Shown piece by piece: positions 13,145 through 29,734 of a stretch of DNA of 64,000 bases (the stretch's first letter is position 1; each line of letters starts with the position of its first letter). The stretch lies in NCBI RefSeq assembly GCF_009914755.1, contig NC_060931.1; one strand, 5' to 3'. Source of the stretch: the human T2T-CHM13v2.0 reference genome, Homo sapiens. The notes below the pieces were generated by a model. The model was not told the DNA's origin. It searched no databases and saw only the letters and a list, made by a program, of their open reading frames with translations. The translations under genes and the position numbers were made by a program.

Positions 13145-13635
13145 TGTTACCTGAATGTCAGGGGTTCAGTCTAGGTGCTGTTGCTTGCTGCACCGAAAGC
13201 CAGTCATTGATATAACAAGTACTGCCACGGAAGACAGCTTTAATTGGGTGCTGTAGGAGAGCAGATGGCAGATCAGTCTTAAATCCACCTGCCTGAGCAA
13301 CTGAAATGATGGGTGTATGTAGTGAGGAAGAAATGTAACCAAGTGTGGGAAAGCAGGAATAAGGGAGGGGTAAAGAAGAAGAACTGGTCAACAGGAAGCA
13401 GGTTTAGGTAATCACCACAGGTGATGAGTCTAGTTTCTCATGGTCCAGATGCCATGATCTGGTAAGTTTCGCTCTTTGATACTGTCTGGGAGGCCTGATC
13501 CTTTATTTTCTGAGAAAGGAACTCAGATAATACAAATGTAACATGTTTAAGTTTTAAGACTGGGAAGGTCAATTTTTATGTTTATTTAAAAGAAACAATA
13601 AACATCAGTTCTATAGGACAATTGGGAGGCTTTTT
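13145..13635 (-). mobile_element. Solo LTR (LTR47-like)
   Basis: Starts tgttacc; reverse complement has cccaattgtcctatagaactgatgtttattg and tctgagttcctttctcag; subfamily from memory. Confidence 0.7.
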
Positions 13636-14851
13636 TATATCTCAAAGAACTACAAACGTTATGATAAGCAATTTATACTTGATTCTGCCATGTATCTACC
13701 TTTCTTATTATAATATAGGATCAGGGTTCCAATGTTGAAATGGACAAAAGCCATCATTCCAAACACCCCACTGGTTCTCCAAGCCATGCCCAAGCACATC
13801 ACTCTCATCAATATGGGGTATCTCTAAAGAGGGGTAAATCATTTCTCTCTCTCCAGCACTCAACACCCAACATGTATACTCAAGTTTGCAGGTGGGTACA
13901 CGAAAGGACAGTTCTTCTTCACAAAACACTAGTTACCCTTGGCTTCGCTATGACACATTTAAGTGGAGAACATTAGGGAACAGTCAAAGGTGTGTTGAAA
14001 TTAATTCTCAAGTATTCAAGCTCAGACTGCTAGGTACCCTACTGACTGAGTCTATACCCAATGATACCAGCGAAAATGCTGGGAAAAAAAAAATGAAAAA
14101 AAACTGTACTTAGCAACCCTGCAACAGCAAGTCAGGGTACATTATACTGTAACTTCTTCCATCTGGCAGATGTATGCTTCATTACATCTGCACAGTTAGA
14201 GGGGATCGCATGGCATATTGTTTCAATTATTATCAATAGCCAATACCGATGGGCCGCTTGCCACTAAAAAGGATCAACATGTAATTTAGAAAAACGGCAT
14301 AAACTATAAGTACAAATTGTACTATTTATTACTATCCCGTTATTAATTTGTACTTCTGGATATTATGATTGGTATTTGGTAATTTCCAGCTACTTGGAAA
14401 TAAGAACATCCTCTGAGAGCTAAACAATAAAATCAATCCACAAAAAACCAAAGACGCGTGATGCAATGTCACCAGGGAGAGAAAAGGGATCTCAGGTTAC
14501 AGCAAGAATTTACTACAATCAGATTAAAGGTATTAATTTAGTTAAAGAAGTGAGGATGCTAGAGCTCTGCATGGATCACAGAAAAAAATATTAAAATCGG
14601 GTAAAAACAAAAACCCCAAACAGCTTCAGTGGACATCAGGAGACTTGAGGGCCATTTGCACCTGAGACTGGAAAGCTATGCAGACTTAGGCAACTGGAAA
14701 TTAAATTCTAGAGGATAAAGAGGTGTAGGATAATTTGCTCTGTCCCTGAAAAATGGCAGCCTTTATATATTTCAGAACCAGCCAGAGGACATTACCCATG
14801 CATGACTTTATCTTCCTGTGTAGACTCCAAGGGTGCTGTTGGGTCCGCTCT

Positions 14852-14920
14852 GCCGCCATCTTTACACAGCGTGGGCAGAGGCACATCCACCACCCTCTGC
14901 TGGTCTTCAAGTACACGTCA
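14852..14920. promoter_or_regulatory. Candidate distal element: YY1, CTCF-like and CRE-like motifs
   Basis: GCCGCCATCTT 14852-14862; minus-strand CCAGCAGAGGGTGGT 14889-14903; ACACGTCA 14913-14920; apparently unique CpG-retaining DNA. Confidence 0.45.
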
Positions 14921-15835
14921 TTCAGCAGCGTGATATCCTGTAAGCAGCCAGTATACGTAAAAACAGCCCAGCCATGGGACAGCTCTCTCATCCACAACCT
15001 GCAGAAAAGAGTCAAGAAGGGCTTACCGCTGCTGAATCTGCCGAGTTGTCATCTGTTTAAAGTTTGCTCTTATATAAATATCACCCACAATTGAGACAGC
15101 TGTTGGGCCCAGATATCACACAATATGTCATATTAATAAAAACAATAAACACACAGGCATTATTTTACCTTAATGCCATTGAAAAGCAATTTAATTCGAG
15201 GACACATCCTATTCCCAGCATGTTATTTTTAATACAATTAGATGGTCAGAGAAGTTTTAATAGCAAGGTACTTCAAATCCAATATTAGTTCTGAAGATAC
15301 CAGATATTGTTTTATGCAAAGCTTTTAAATCACAATAAAATAGTTATGACACAGCAATAACTTAGCAGTCTTTTCCCATTAGGGGTAAATTTCATCATAT
15401 TACTCTAAAATATTTCATATAGTGTAAATCTACTCTTTATTTACTTTCCGTAATGTCTATGGTATGCTTAGTATCATGTATTCTTCCTGAAATAAACAGC
15501 CCTTTCTCTGACCTGCCCTAATGCTTGCCATTTTCAGCCTCTGCATCCTCCAAGCAGCCCCTTCATTAGACCACTTTAGTCTTTAGAGTACGGACAGGCC
15601 AGTAAGCTCCTGTAGCCCTTATTAGTTACAATATGATATTCCTTATAAATTTGTTTGCAATGTATGCTGCATTAAATTGCACATTTTGGAGCGAGGGCAA
15701 TGAATACTTTATATGTCCATGTTCTCCAAAGAACTTAAGAAAATGCTGAAGAAAGTAAGAACTTCAGAAATACATGTTGATTAAGTCACTGATAGGAATT
15801 TTGGAGAATTCGTGTGTGTATTTTCTTTCATCGCA

Positions 15836-15893
15836 AACACACACACACACACATGCACACGCACACACACACAGACACATACACAAACACACA
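15836..15893. repeat. Imperfect (CA)n microsatellite
   Basis: Direct inspection. Confidence 0.9.
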
Positions 15894-15956
15894 CGGAGGG
15901 ATTAAAATTTTCAACCAAATTGAAATGTCGAAGTTAAAGCGCTTAAAAAGAGGTGG

Positions 15957-16145
15957 TGTCAATTCTCATTACTCATGGTAGCTGTGTTCTATGAAGTTGC
16001 TGGGAACAGAGCAAACACTGGACTATGGTTTCTATGGAAAACACAGGGTTAGGTTTCTTAGAGCCTATGGTCATAAAAATTATAACCTTGCTTTATATTT
16101 ATTTCTATTTTAAAAAATTAATATATATTGTTGATTCAAGCGATA
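15957..16145 (+). mobile_element. MER82-like TcMar-Tigger fragment
   Basis: attctcattactcatggtagctgtgttctatgaagt...acagggttaggtttc matches recalled consensus. Confidence 0.55.
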
Positions 16146-17059
16146 ATTGCTTCTCACTTATATGGAGAAAAGTCAGAAAAAGGATAATAAGCAAAAACCT
16201 AATGGCTTTTATATCTTAGTAATATTGAGTATACACAGTAATTTTCTGTGTATGGAAGAAATTATTCCTCTAAGCTAGTGCTAATAAAATGATTCATTTG
16301 GAATTAATACAATCCTAAATCTAATTTAGCCTATACTTAAGAAAATGTACATTCTATTATCAATACATTCCCTATACCTATTTTCCTTATTATTTTAAAA
16401 CTTGTCTGACACAAACCATCATCAATCTTTAGGTTTTTAGGCTTTTAATATCTAATATAGTATTGAATTCCTTGTGATGTAGAGAAAATCTATAGTAACC
16501 ATGTTTTAAAAGGGTTGAATACTGTTATAATTCTATAAAATGGGTAAAAAGCATTTTTATTAAATTAAAAAATCTTACTCTCTTTCAAATTTGATTTATC
16601 ACAAAATTAGCCTGTCTTCATTTTTTCCTAAAATAGGAAAAAAAAGCAGTTAATTTTAGTTTTAAAGACATCATAAGTTTAAGAATAACTTATGAAAAAT
16701 AACAACCAATAAAGTAATCAGAATTTAGTGTTGAACATGAGTAAGATATTGAGAATTAAATCTGGCAGGAGAGTTAGGGACAATAAACGACCATTGAACT
16801 AGAAATGAGAAGATTTCCACTGTTGCTCCAGATCTGATGCTGATCTGGTCATGGTGGACAGGTCACACGTGTCACTGTTCATTCAGTAAATATTATCAAG
16901 TGACTACTATATGCCAGGTGCTATAGGGAGAATTGGGGTACACCAGCAAAAAATAGAGAGGCCCCTCATTCTTGTTTGCTGATGTTATAGATATTCCATC
17001 CAGATTTACATTTTCATGGTTCCATGAGTAAACTTGACACCTGCTCCCTAGGTGACCGC

Positions 17060-17495
17060 ATCCAATCTCATCCTTTTAAGCACTCTCCACATAGTAACTA
17101 CATCCAATTTTTTATCCCAAGTCTGTAGCTCTCTTCCAAAATCTAGGTTTACATATCCAGCTGCTTGGATGCTTAATCGGCATCTCAACCCTAGCCAGAC
17201 TTCTGATCTTCCACCCCACCTGCTCTCCCGCAGTCTTCTTCACCTCAATTAGTGGCCACTGAAGCCAAACTTCCGGGAGCCATCCTAAAGATCCCTCTTT
17301 TCCACCACCAAGATTTCCTTTGGCTCTGTATTGAAACTACCATCCCCCAGAACCCACTGGCTTCTCCCCTCCACACGCAATGGCCTTGCCTGGATTCCTG
17401 AAATAGCCTCCTAATCCGTCGTACTGCACCTGCCCTTAACCCTCACACTGAAATCTCAACACTGTAGCTAAGGTGATATTTTAAAAATTCAAGTC
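17060..17495 (+). mobile_element. L2 fragment (interrupted by AluY)
   Basis: catatccagctgcttggatgcttaatcggcatctcaac...aatagcctcctaatc are typical L2 motifs. Confidence 0.6.
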
Positions 17496-17896
<401 letters not shown>

Positions 17897-18260
17897 TCAA
17901 TGTAACCAACAGCCCCACATAATCTACCCCATTTCCTCTGCGAAGCTCCAGCCACCCCTCATCCGCTCCAGGGCAGCCCTGCAGCTCCCTGGCCCCATTG
18001 CACATGCGACATGCAGAGCACTGCGAGTTCAGTGTCAATGGATCCACCATGTACCCTAACCCATCACAGTCCCCGGAAGTGAGGCCTTATCACGTGGAGT
18101 AAAGTGGAGGATCGCCCTTCCTTTAGGTGTCTTTCCACTTCCCATCTTTTAAATATACATGTCTCAGGTATTTCTTCTACATGCATTGAGCATCCCATCA
18201 GATGGCATAGTAACTTTTGCTTCAAACATCAAATATCGCTTTTAAAAACTCATGAGGTAT

Positions 18261-19638
<1,378 letters not shown>

Positions 19639-20020
19639 TACTCTTTTTTTTTTTTTTTTTTTTTAATAGCCAGCTTCTCTGTTGAGATGTAGCACCAGGG
19701 CTGTGTATCTGTTCAGTCTCCTTTGGGCCCAGGGCCAGTACGGGAGGGAAGGGAGAGCAGAACGCGGACCACTCTACCTTGCATTGCCTCATTGTGTATC
19801 ATCGATGCCTGGTGGAAGTGGGCTTACTCTGCATCCTGCTGACACCGCAGAGAAACTGGAGCCCATGGCCTGCTTCCCTGGGACAGGAGCTAGGGTGGAA
19901 AATCAGCTTCCAGCTTGGCCCTGCTGAAACCCTGGCAGGGGCAGGTTCCACTGTGGTTTGGCTGGAATCGAGCAGGTATTGCCAACAGCATCGTCTATTG
20001 TTGGAGTACCTTTGCCCCAG

Positions 20021-20386
20021 ACCCTGAGATGGGGTAATTTTTAAAGAAAAGAGGTTCAATTGGCTCACAAGCCTGAAGGCTGTACAAGCATGGTGCCCAG
20101 CTTCTGGGGAGGCCTCAGGGAGCTTTGACTCACAGAGGAAGGTGAAGTGGGAGCAGGCACTTCACATGGCAAAAGCAAGAACAAAAGAGTGGGAGGCAGT
20201 TGCCACACACTTCTACATGACCAGATCTCTTGTGAACTCAGAGCTCACTCATCACCCAAGAGATGGCCCACGCCATCCATGAGGAATGCACTCCCATGAT
20301 ATAAACACCCCCACCAGGCCCCGCCTCCAAGAGTGGAGATTACAGTTCAACACGAGATTTGGTGGGGGCATATCAAAACTACATTA
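20021..20386 (-). mobile_element. MST-type MaLR LTR
   Basis: ggtaatttttaaagaaaagaggttcaattggctcac...ggaggcctcagg...accaggccccgcctcca. Confidence 0.85.
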
Positions 20387-20932
20387 ACCTTAAATTATGA
20401 AGACGGTAAACTAAATAATCTGCTTTCTTTCCTTTCCTGTTTTGTGTCTGTTTTTCAGATTTCCAAGGCCAGCAATGTTCTCTTCCTCTCCCTTTTCTTT
20501 GTATAAAAATTCATTCTCAAGAAAAACTCTCATATCAATTGTTTACATGTCACTATGGCTAAGACACTAAAAGCCCTCTCCCTGCAAAACTGGTGGCAAA
20601 GCTCTCTAGAGAACCACAAACTGTTGCATCCTTACTACGTGGGGCAGCAGCAAGCCCAGGTGAAGATGTGCATGTTCTTGGAGAAAGTATTAATAACATA
20701 CCGACACTTACACCTGGGTGAATAATTTCATCAAATCTCTTAACTCACACTTGCACAGACTTCACCTGGAGAGAGAGAGGGAAAGCTGTGCCAGAAAATA
20801 ATGGGTATTGAGGTCACCATTTGTTTGTTTTTCTCAGGAGTGGAAGGAGATTAACCAGGGTGGCAATAAACAAAATTACTTGCTGTTTTAAAACTTAATG
20901 ACAACCCTATAGGTTATTAACAATGCCAAAGT

Positions 20933-21241
20933 TGCAGGGCGCAGTGGCTCACGCCTGTAATCCCAGCACTTTGGGAGGCTGAGGCGGGCGGATCATCTGA
21001 GGTCGGGAGTTCGAGACCAGCCTGACCAACATGGAGAAACCCATCTTTACTAAAAATACGAAAAAAATTAGCCGGGTGTGGTGGTGCATACCTGTAACCC
21101 CAGCTACTCAGGAAGCTGAGGCGGGAGAATTGCTTGAACAGAGGAGGCGGAGGTTGCGATGAGCCGAGATCACGCCATTGTACTCCAGCCTGGGCAGCAA
21201 GAGTAAAACTCAGTCTCAAAAAATACAAAACAAAACAAAAA
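20933..21241 (+). mobile_element. AluSp
   Basis: Diagnostic ggtcgggagttcgagaccagcctgaccaacatggagaaacc; degenerate TSD gccaaagt. Confidence 0.93.
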
Positions 21242-22357
21242 GCCAAAGTGGAAAAGCAAAAATTTTGTGGTATTTGCATTCAATTATTATGCTTTAATTC
21301 AACCATTCACAATTTCTAGGGAACATTAATTTTATTGCAATCCCAGGTAAATTTAGGATAATTTAACAATAATCGTTGGTGTTCTACTCATCTACTTGTC
21401 TTTAAAATCCACATATATTTTTTAAAAGATGACATCCTTTAAAAATATTATATTCAGTGAATTTTCAATATTATTTTAAATATTGTCATGGACAGTTGTT
21501 ATTGGAAATGACAGTTCACCATTGCAAATCAATGCAGTGGCTACAAGTCCCCCGTGTCACACAAAAATAGACGGGGTAGCTCTGACAGCATGCATCCTTA
21601 TGCCCTGTTCTATTAATAATGCACTGCGCCCCATCAGGGTCTGCAGCTATATCATTACTCACAGAGACGGTTCTGCCTTTGGCTTTCCCTGGTCCTCCAT
21701 GGCTAGGAACATCATTTAACAGGGTTTTACAGAATTCACTGGGTGGTTAGTCTTAGAAAACCCAAGGCACAAACACACAGCCAACTACCCCCAAGTGCTT
21801 GTGCTTGAACTTTCAGAACATAAGAAAATTGTGTTGAAGCTGGATCTGCAAGTACAAATGGAGAGTGAAATGGGTTCTATAGAATCCAAATGACACACTC
21901 TTTCCTCCTGCTAAGAATTACTGGCTATTGAACCAATTCCTGCCTATTAACTGTGAGGTGAAGTCCAAGATCCACAGTCAAGCATTCAAAGATCCAACCT
22001 GATTTTTCTCTGCATAACTGTTTTACTAGGAGTAAGACTGACTTGCCTGGTTTACCAAGACAGTCTGTGAGAATTCTTCCCGCTTACCTTTACTGAGTCA
22101 ATGTGGACAGTTTGAAATAACTTAAAACATTCTTCTTACATTTTTAAATCCTACACAAGCCTCAAAACAAAATCCAAGTCACTTTTCCTCTGCAGGGTCT
22201 TCACTGAGCCCCCCAGCAGGCATTCCTCTTGCTATCTCCTGTGTGAATAGCTCTGAAGGTCTGCATTGCAAATATGACAGTCAACACACCGGCTAAGGTA
22301 GAACAAAAAGTGGCATTATTAAGCTGAAAAAAGCCCGGACCAAAATGAAAGATTCTT

Positions 22358-22747
22358 ATTGTGGGAGCAATTGCTCACACTCACCAATAGCTGCTTGTTT
22401 CCTTCTTGGGCACACAGAAATTACAATTCCCAACTTTCCTGCAGTTGGATAGAGCCATGTGAGTAATTCCAGCCTGGGGACTCTGACTAGAGATGAAAAT
22501 CCCCTCCACGGTGGAGCAAAATCCCCTGAGTGGCCCTCCAGCCTTCTGTTCTCCAGCTGTGCTAACCTGGAAGCCACACATTGAGATGACAGAGCAGCAA
22601 AGTGGAGACAGGCCATGTCTCTGAGTCACCATGTGACCCACAGGAGATTTTGAGTAAATTAAAATACAAATCTTTGTCATAATAAACCACAGATATTTCA
22701 GCAATGATTTGCAACCATAGCGTAAGATAACCTATCATGGCTAATGC
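22358..22747 (+). mobile_element. Old MLT1-type LTR
   Basis: ttccttcttgggcacacaga...tgcagttggatagagccatgtga...tctctgagtcaccatgtg. Confidence 0.6.
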
Positions 22748-23094
22748 TCCTAGGTTCTCAACCTGTATCCACCAGTAACTAGATAGCTTGGGCAAATTAT
22801 CTTCTATGCAACCTCTGGTTGATAATGAATTCCTTTTATAAGTAAGAGAATGAGCTGGAACCCAAATGCGTACAGAGGAAATCTGAATGAAGTGGGAAGG
22901 GTAAGACGCAGAGTGAGTGGAGACTTCACTCATTGTTGAAAGAGGGCAATTGCTACTCAGTTATTACTGATGCTTACATGAAGAAATCCAGTTTTAATAT
23001 AACCACATCTTGCCATTTCTCAAGGGAAGTCATGTACTATCTGTGTATCTGTCCTTCATATAGCTCCATCAATATTCTCCTCTTAAATCTTGGA

Positions 23095-23513
23095 GACTGT
23101 GCAGGATGTTTTCCAAATGTCTCTCCTGATCCAGCCTGCAGTCTTCTCTACCCTGGTTTGGGTATCTGGAGCCAGACCTGTATGTACTGCATCAGCAGGT
23201 TCTCTTCCCTTCGCTTTCTGCATGGGTTCCACCACCATAAGGTCCTGGTGGGAGATCAGAGGCTGGGAAGAGCAGAGGCTGGGAAGAGCAGAGGCAGGAG
23301 AGGCACTGCATAACTCCTCTCAGGCAGCCCTCTCTCTCTGGCTCTCTGTAGGTTTGGGCAACTGCTCCTTCCATCCATATATTCAGGCTGAGTTGTGGAA
23401 AAGGCTCCCAAATGGCATTAGCTCCAGAGTGATGCACCTTCCATATCCTTTTATTTTCATTATTTCTCCTCCTTTGAAGAAGTTGAGTATTTTTGCAAGA
23501 ACATTGACTAACA
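23095..23513 (+). mobile_element. LTR33-like ERVL LTR
   Basis: gacctgtatgtactgcatcagcagg...ggagatcagagg resembles recalled LTR33. Confidence 0.5.
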
Positions 23514-23664
23514 GGAACTAATCAATTATTCTTAAATTAAAAAAATTGAATGAATCAAATGTTCAACAAAGGATACACACACAGACTGAATGACAACTAA
23601 GTTATTTTACAGTTCCACAAACCTAGGGAGATCTATCAATGAATGGGGTATTACATTCTAATAT

Positions 23665-23777
23665 TTCTAAGACTATATTGAATATTGAATATTCAATATT
23701 CTAAGACTATATTGAATATTCAATATTCTAAGACTATATTGAATATTCAATATTCTAAGACTATATTGAATACTGAA
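23665..23777. repeat. 27-bp minisatellite of palindromic units (~4 copies)
   Basis: ctaagac recurs at 23667, 23701, 23728 and 23755. Confidence 0.95.
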
Positions 23778-23953
23778 TGACTACATCACCTACAAGAATA
23801 CAATGAGAGTACTAAACTAACACTCAGTACTAAACATTTGTCCTACACTCAGAGGTAGACACCAGGTTCTGGTGTCAATGTATGATATGCCTGTCTCTAA
23901 ATAAACATTTTATCAGATAACAGTCTTTGAAAGTCCCAGTGCAATAGTAAGTA

Positions 23954-24290
23954 TAGTCTGGCCTGTGTATCCATGGGTTCTGAATTCGTGGATTCAAACA
24001 ACCACAGATCAAACAATATTTTAAAAAACAAGTATGGTTGTATCTGTACTGAATGTGTACAGACTTTTTTTGTATTTCCCTAAACAATCCAGTGTAACAA
24101 CTATTTCCATAGCATTTACATTGTATTATATATTATAGGTAATCTATGATGATTTAAAGTATATGGGAGGATTGTGTAGGTTATGCATGAATACTACACC
24201 ACTTTATAGAAGGAACTTGAGCATTTGTGGATTTCGGTATCTGCAGGAGGGTCCTGGAACTAATTCCCCATGGATACCAAGGGACAATGG
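23954..24290 (+). mobile_element. MER2 TcMar-Tigger DNA transposon
   Basis: TIR-like ends (tgtgtatccatggg / cccatggatacc), TA flanks, typical MER2 interior. Confidence 0.85.
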
Positions 24291-25289
24291 TATATACACA
24301 AAGTTTTACACCTGATTATAAAAGTATGTGTATGATATTTAAAAGTAACTTCAATCTTTGCTCCATAACAAATGAGAATTAACCATAAGTTCCACCCAAA
24401 ATAATATTTAGAAAACTATACACTAGATTACTCTTAGTTTTTGTGGCTGTGTACTACCGTTATCCTAAAATTTGATAAAATCATTTTAAATGCCTTTTAA
24501 AATATTTTTTTACCTTGGAGATTACCACCAAGAAATGAAAAAGAATTCTGAACCAAATCAGAAGTTTGAGATTTGAAATCTGGCTTTGCTACTAACAAAC
24601 CCTGTAAACTTAGAAAGTATAGTGCAATCAATTCACAACAGGCTTTAGAATAGGCCATATGAGTTTGAATTCTGATACCACGTTTACTAATCACGAAACT
24701 TGATCATAAAGCTATTGTGAGAAGTAACCAAGATAACACACACAAAGGGCTTAGCATGGTACAGAGCACACAGTATATGAAATAACTCTCATACAGTAAG
24801 TGTTAACTATTATTAAGAATTTTAAAAATAATTTGTAATGCAAGTGTCACTGTCAAGTTGCACAGGACCCAGAAAGAGGATAAGAACATATTTACAGCTT
24901 TTCTTTTATTATTTTTTAAAAAATCAAATAAATTCTTGCTGAAAAAACTAAAGGCAGAGGGAGGCAATAAGCAGTATTTGGAATGAAAACAAAACAAAAA
25001 GGTATTTCCTCTTCACGCATTTCTCAAATTCCAAATCCCCTCCCTACCACCACCACTGCTGATACTCCTTCCCTCCACAAAAGGAAATCACTCTTTAGGC
25101 TTAGGAAAAGACTGGCAAAAAGTATCTTGGAATTTTCACAAATGTGCATCCACAACACACATACATACTCCTTTTCTAAATACATCAGATCGTACTACAC
25201 ATCTTTTTCTGTGTCTTGGACTTAACCATTCAAATTATTATAGGTATCATTCGATGCCAGTAACTGGAGTTCTACCTCATTTCTAATTC

Positions 25290-27160
<1,871 letters not shown>

Positions 27161-27247
27161 GCCAATAAGGCTTTTTTGTTGTTGTTTCTCTGTTAATTTT
27201 TTTATGCCCATATCACATTTCCACTCTTTTCCCCCCTCTATAGATAA

Positions 27248-27410
27248 TTTTTTCTTTTCTTTTTTTTTAAAAAGTTCTGGGATACATGTGCAGAATGTGC
27301 AGGTTTGTTAACATAGGTATACATGTGCCATGGTGGTTTGCTGCACCCATCAACCTGTCATCTAGGTTTTAAGCCCTACAAGCATTAGGTATTTGTCCCA
27401 ATGCTCTCCC
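27248..27410 (-). mobile_element. Short L1PA8-like 3' end
   Basis: gatacatgtgcagaatgtgcagg...tctaggttttaagccc...cattaggtatttgtcc. Confidence 0.85.
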
Positions 27411-27744
27411 GGTAAAGAATATTTAGGTTGTTTCCAACTTCCAACTTCTCATCAGCATTACAATTGCTTGTAATGAGCATTCTTGTAGACTTCAAATGAG
27501 GATATTTCCAATTAGAAAGACGAGGTTTCCATTTGGTATCATTAAAAATCTCGGGAACAAGATAGCAGTGATGTTTACCCAACATTGTGAGTGCACTTAA
27601 CACTACTGAATTCTACACTTTAAAATGGTATATTGTATGTCATGTATGTTTAACATGACAAGAAAGATAACTGATATGTTAAATGTGTGAAAATAATTTT
27701 TTCTCTTAAGTAGTTCAGTTTTGTTTACATTATTGATTTGCTTA

Positions 27745-28080
<336 letters not shown>

Positions 28081-28279
28081 GAAAGTAAACCAGCCCAGAT
28101 TTTTGCTAAATTCATAAGGTTCTACTAATGAAGCTGTAGAATGTAACTGAAGAATCATTAAGGAGACTGAGTCTAGCCAGTTCCACCCATGTCAATAAAA
28201 AGAGCCTCAGTGACTTTTTTCAAACTGTAATAACTCATTTATTTTTCTTTATATATTTATATATCAAACTATAATAAAT

Positions 28280-28322
<43 letters not shown>
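28280..28322. repeat. (TA)n(GA)n compound microsatellite
   Basis: Direct inspection. Confidence 0.95.
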
Positions 28323-29734
28323 CAACTTTTATGTTTCTGCATTGAAATATTTTAGTGCTTCAATGTGTGGAGTGGAAAATTGCCTTCAGAGAAACAGGCT
28401 CTAAATTTGAAGAGTCACATTTGACCTATATTTTGTATAGGTGTGATGGTGTGTATATTGACCATCAATATCATACTTTGACACAAATTCCTGAGGAATT
28501 AGTGCATTCGAGTCAGTAGAGCTGTCTGTGCTAAAGTGTGCAGGTCTCACTGAGGAACTGAGAACGCATCTGAGTTTCAAAGAAAGAGGTGTTTGAATAC
28601 ATTTGAGTTTTCAAAGAAAAGAGTGTTTGCCAGAATGGATGAAGGAGGTTGCTCCAAATGTGGGAAGCAGCCAGCGTGCCTGAAGCAGAATCAGGGAAAG
28701 AAAAGTGTGTGGGGCAGTCAGAAGGAATATATGGTTAGTATATATAAGGGACATACAGCGATGGTGGATGAAAACAAACCAGTAAGGAAAAAACAAGTGG
28801 AATATTGATGTCAATTTGCTGAATTCAATCAGCATAATTTTAACATTTAATTAATATAGTAAGACCTAGACAATGAATGGACTTTGTCATATGAATGTTA
28901 TAGAGTTTTAGAAATAACGTTTGGTACATCGAATTAACTTACACAATCAATTCAAAAAGCACATGTATATCTTCAGGAGTGCCATATAATCAGACAAATA
29001 CAACTTAATTAAGATTTGTGATTTTATTAGTCAAAGAAAAAAACATTAGGGAAGGATTCACCTAATCCTAATTGCATGTTTTATTTAGAGTAGGTAAATG
29101 GAACAGATCTTTATTTTCCAAAATTTCCTAGTATGAAATCCACTCTGCAAATGTCATAACAATCCATATGACTTTACCAGAGAGTAGCTGAAATAGTGGT
29201 ACATACTGGCTGATAAAATTAGATACTGGATTAAAATAGATATTTTTATTAATAAAATCCTAATTCCCTTAACAATGTTATTCATAGTAGCCTCTAAGTA
29301 CATTTTGAAAATAGTTGTGTATAGGTGAATTAACTACTTTACATATCCAGAATCTAGACTCTTGTAACCTATTGCAAGGAATCTACAAATTCATAGCTCT
29401 TGTACTCCTGGGATTTACAACCTACTGGTGTAAAAATCCTGCTGTAAGAGAGGTGCATATTCAAACAATTTTGTATTAATTGTTTGGAATGATTGCTTTG
29501 ATAGGTAGGTCATCAATCTACAATACTTATGCTCACAATAATTATCCGAAGTTATCTCCTACTGCTGCCTGGATCTCAACTGAGAGATAAACTAATTTCT
29601 CTTCATTCTTTATATGAAACATGAGTATGCTGAGCTATATCTCATCTGAGGCCCCTTCTAGTTCTAATTATTATATAATTTTATGCAATGAAAAGTTAAA
29701 CTAAAGTTATGGTTGTTAGCGTATGTCTCATAAT

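Noticed and set aside
14918-14998. Minus-strand peptide VVDERAVPWLG resembling the PER PAS-domain VDERAVPLLG
   Set aside because: Similarity is limited to ~10 residues, a stop follows after 26 codons and nothing further matches; not a supportable pseudogene
23665-23777. Palindromic repeats of CRISPR-like length
   Set aside because: Units are directly adjacent with no unique spacers, there are no cas genes and the context is mammalian
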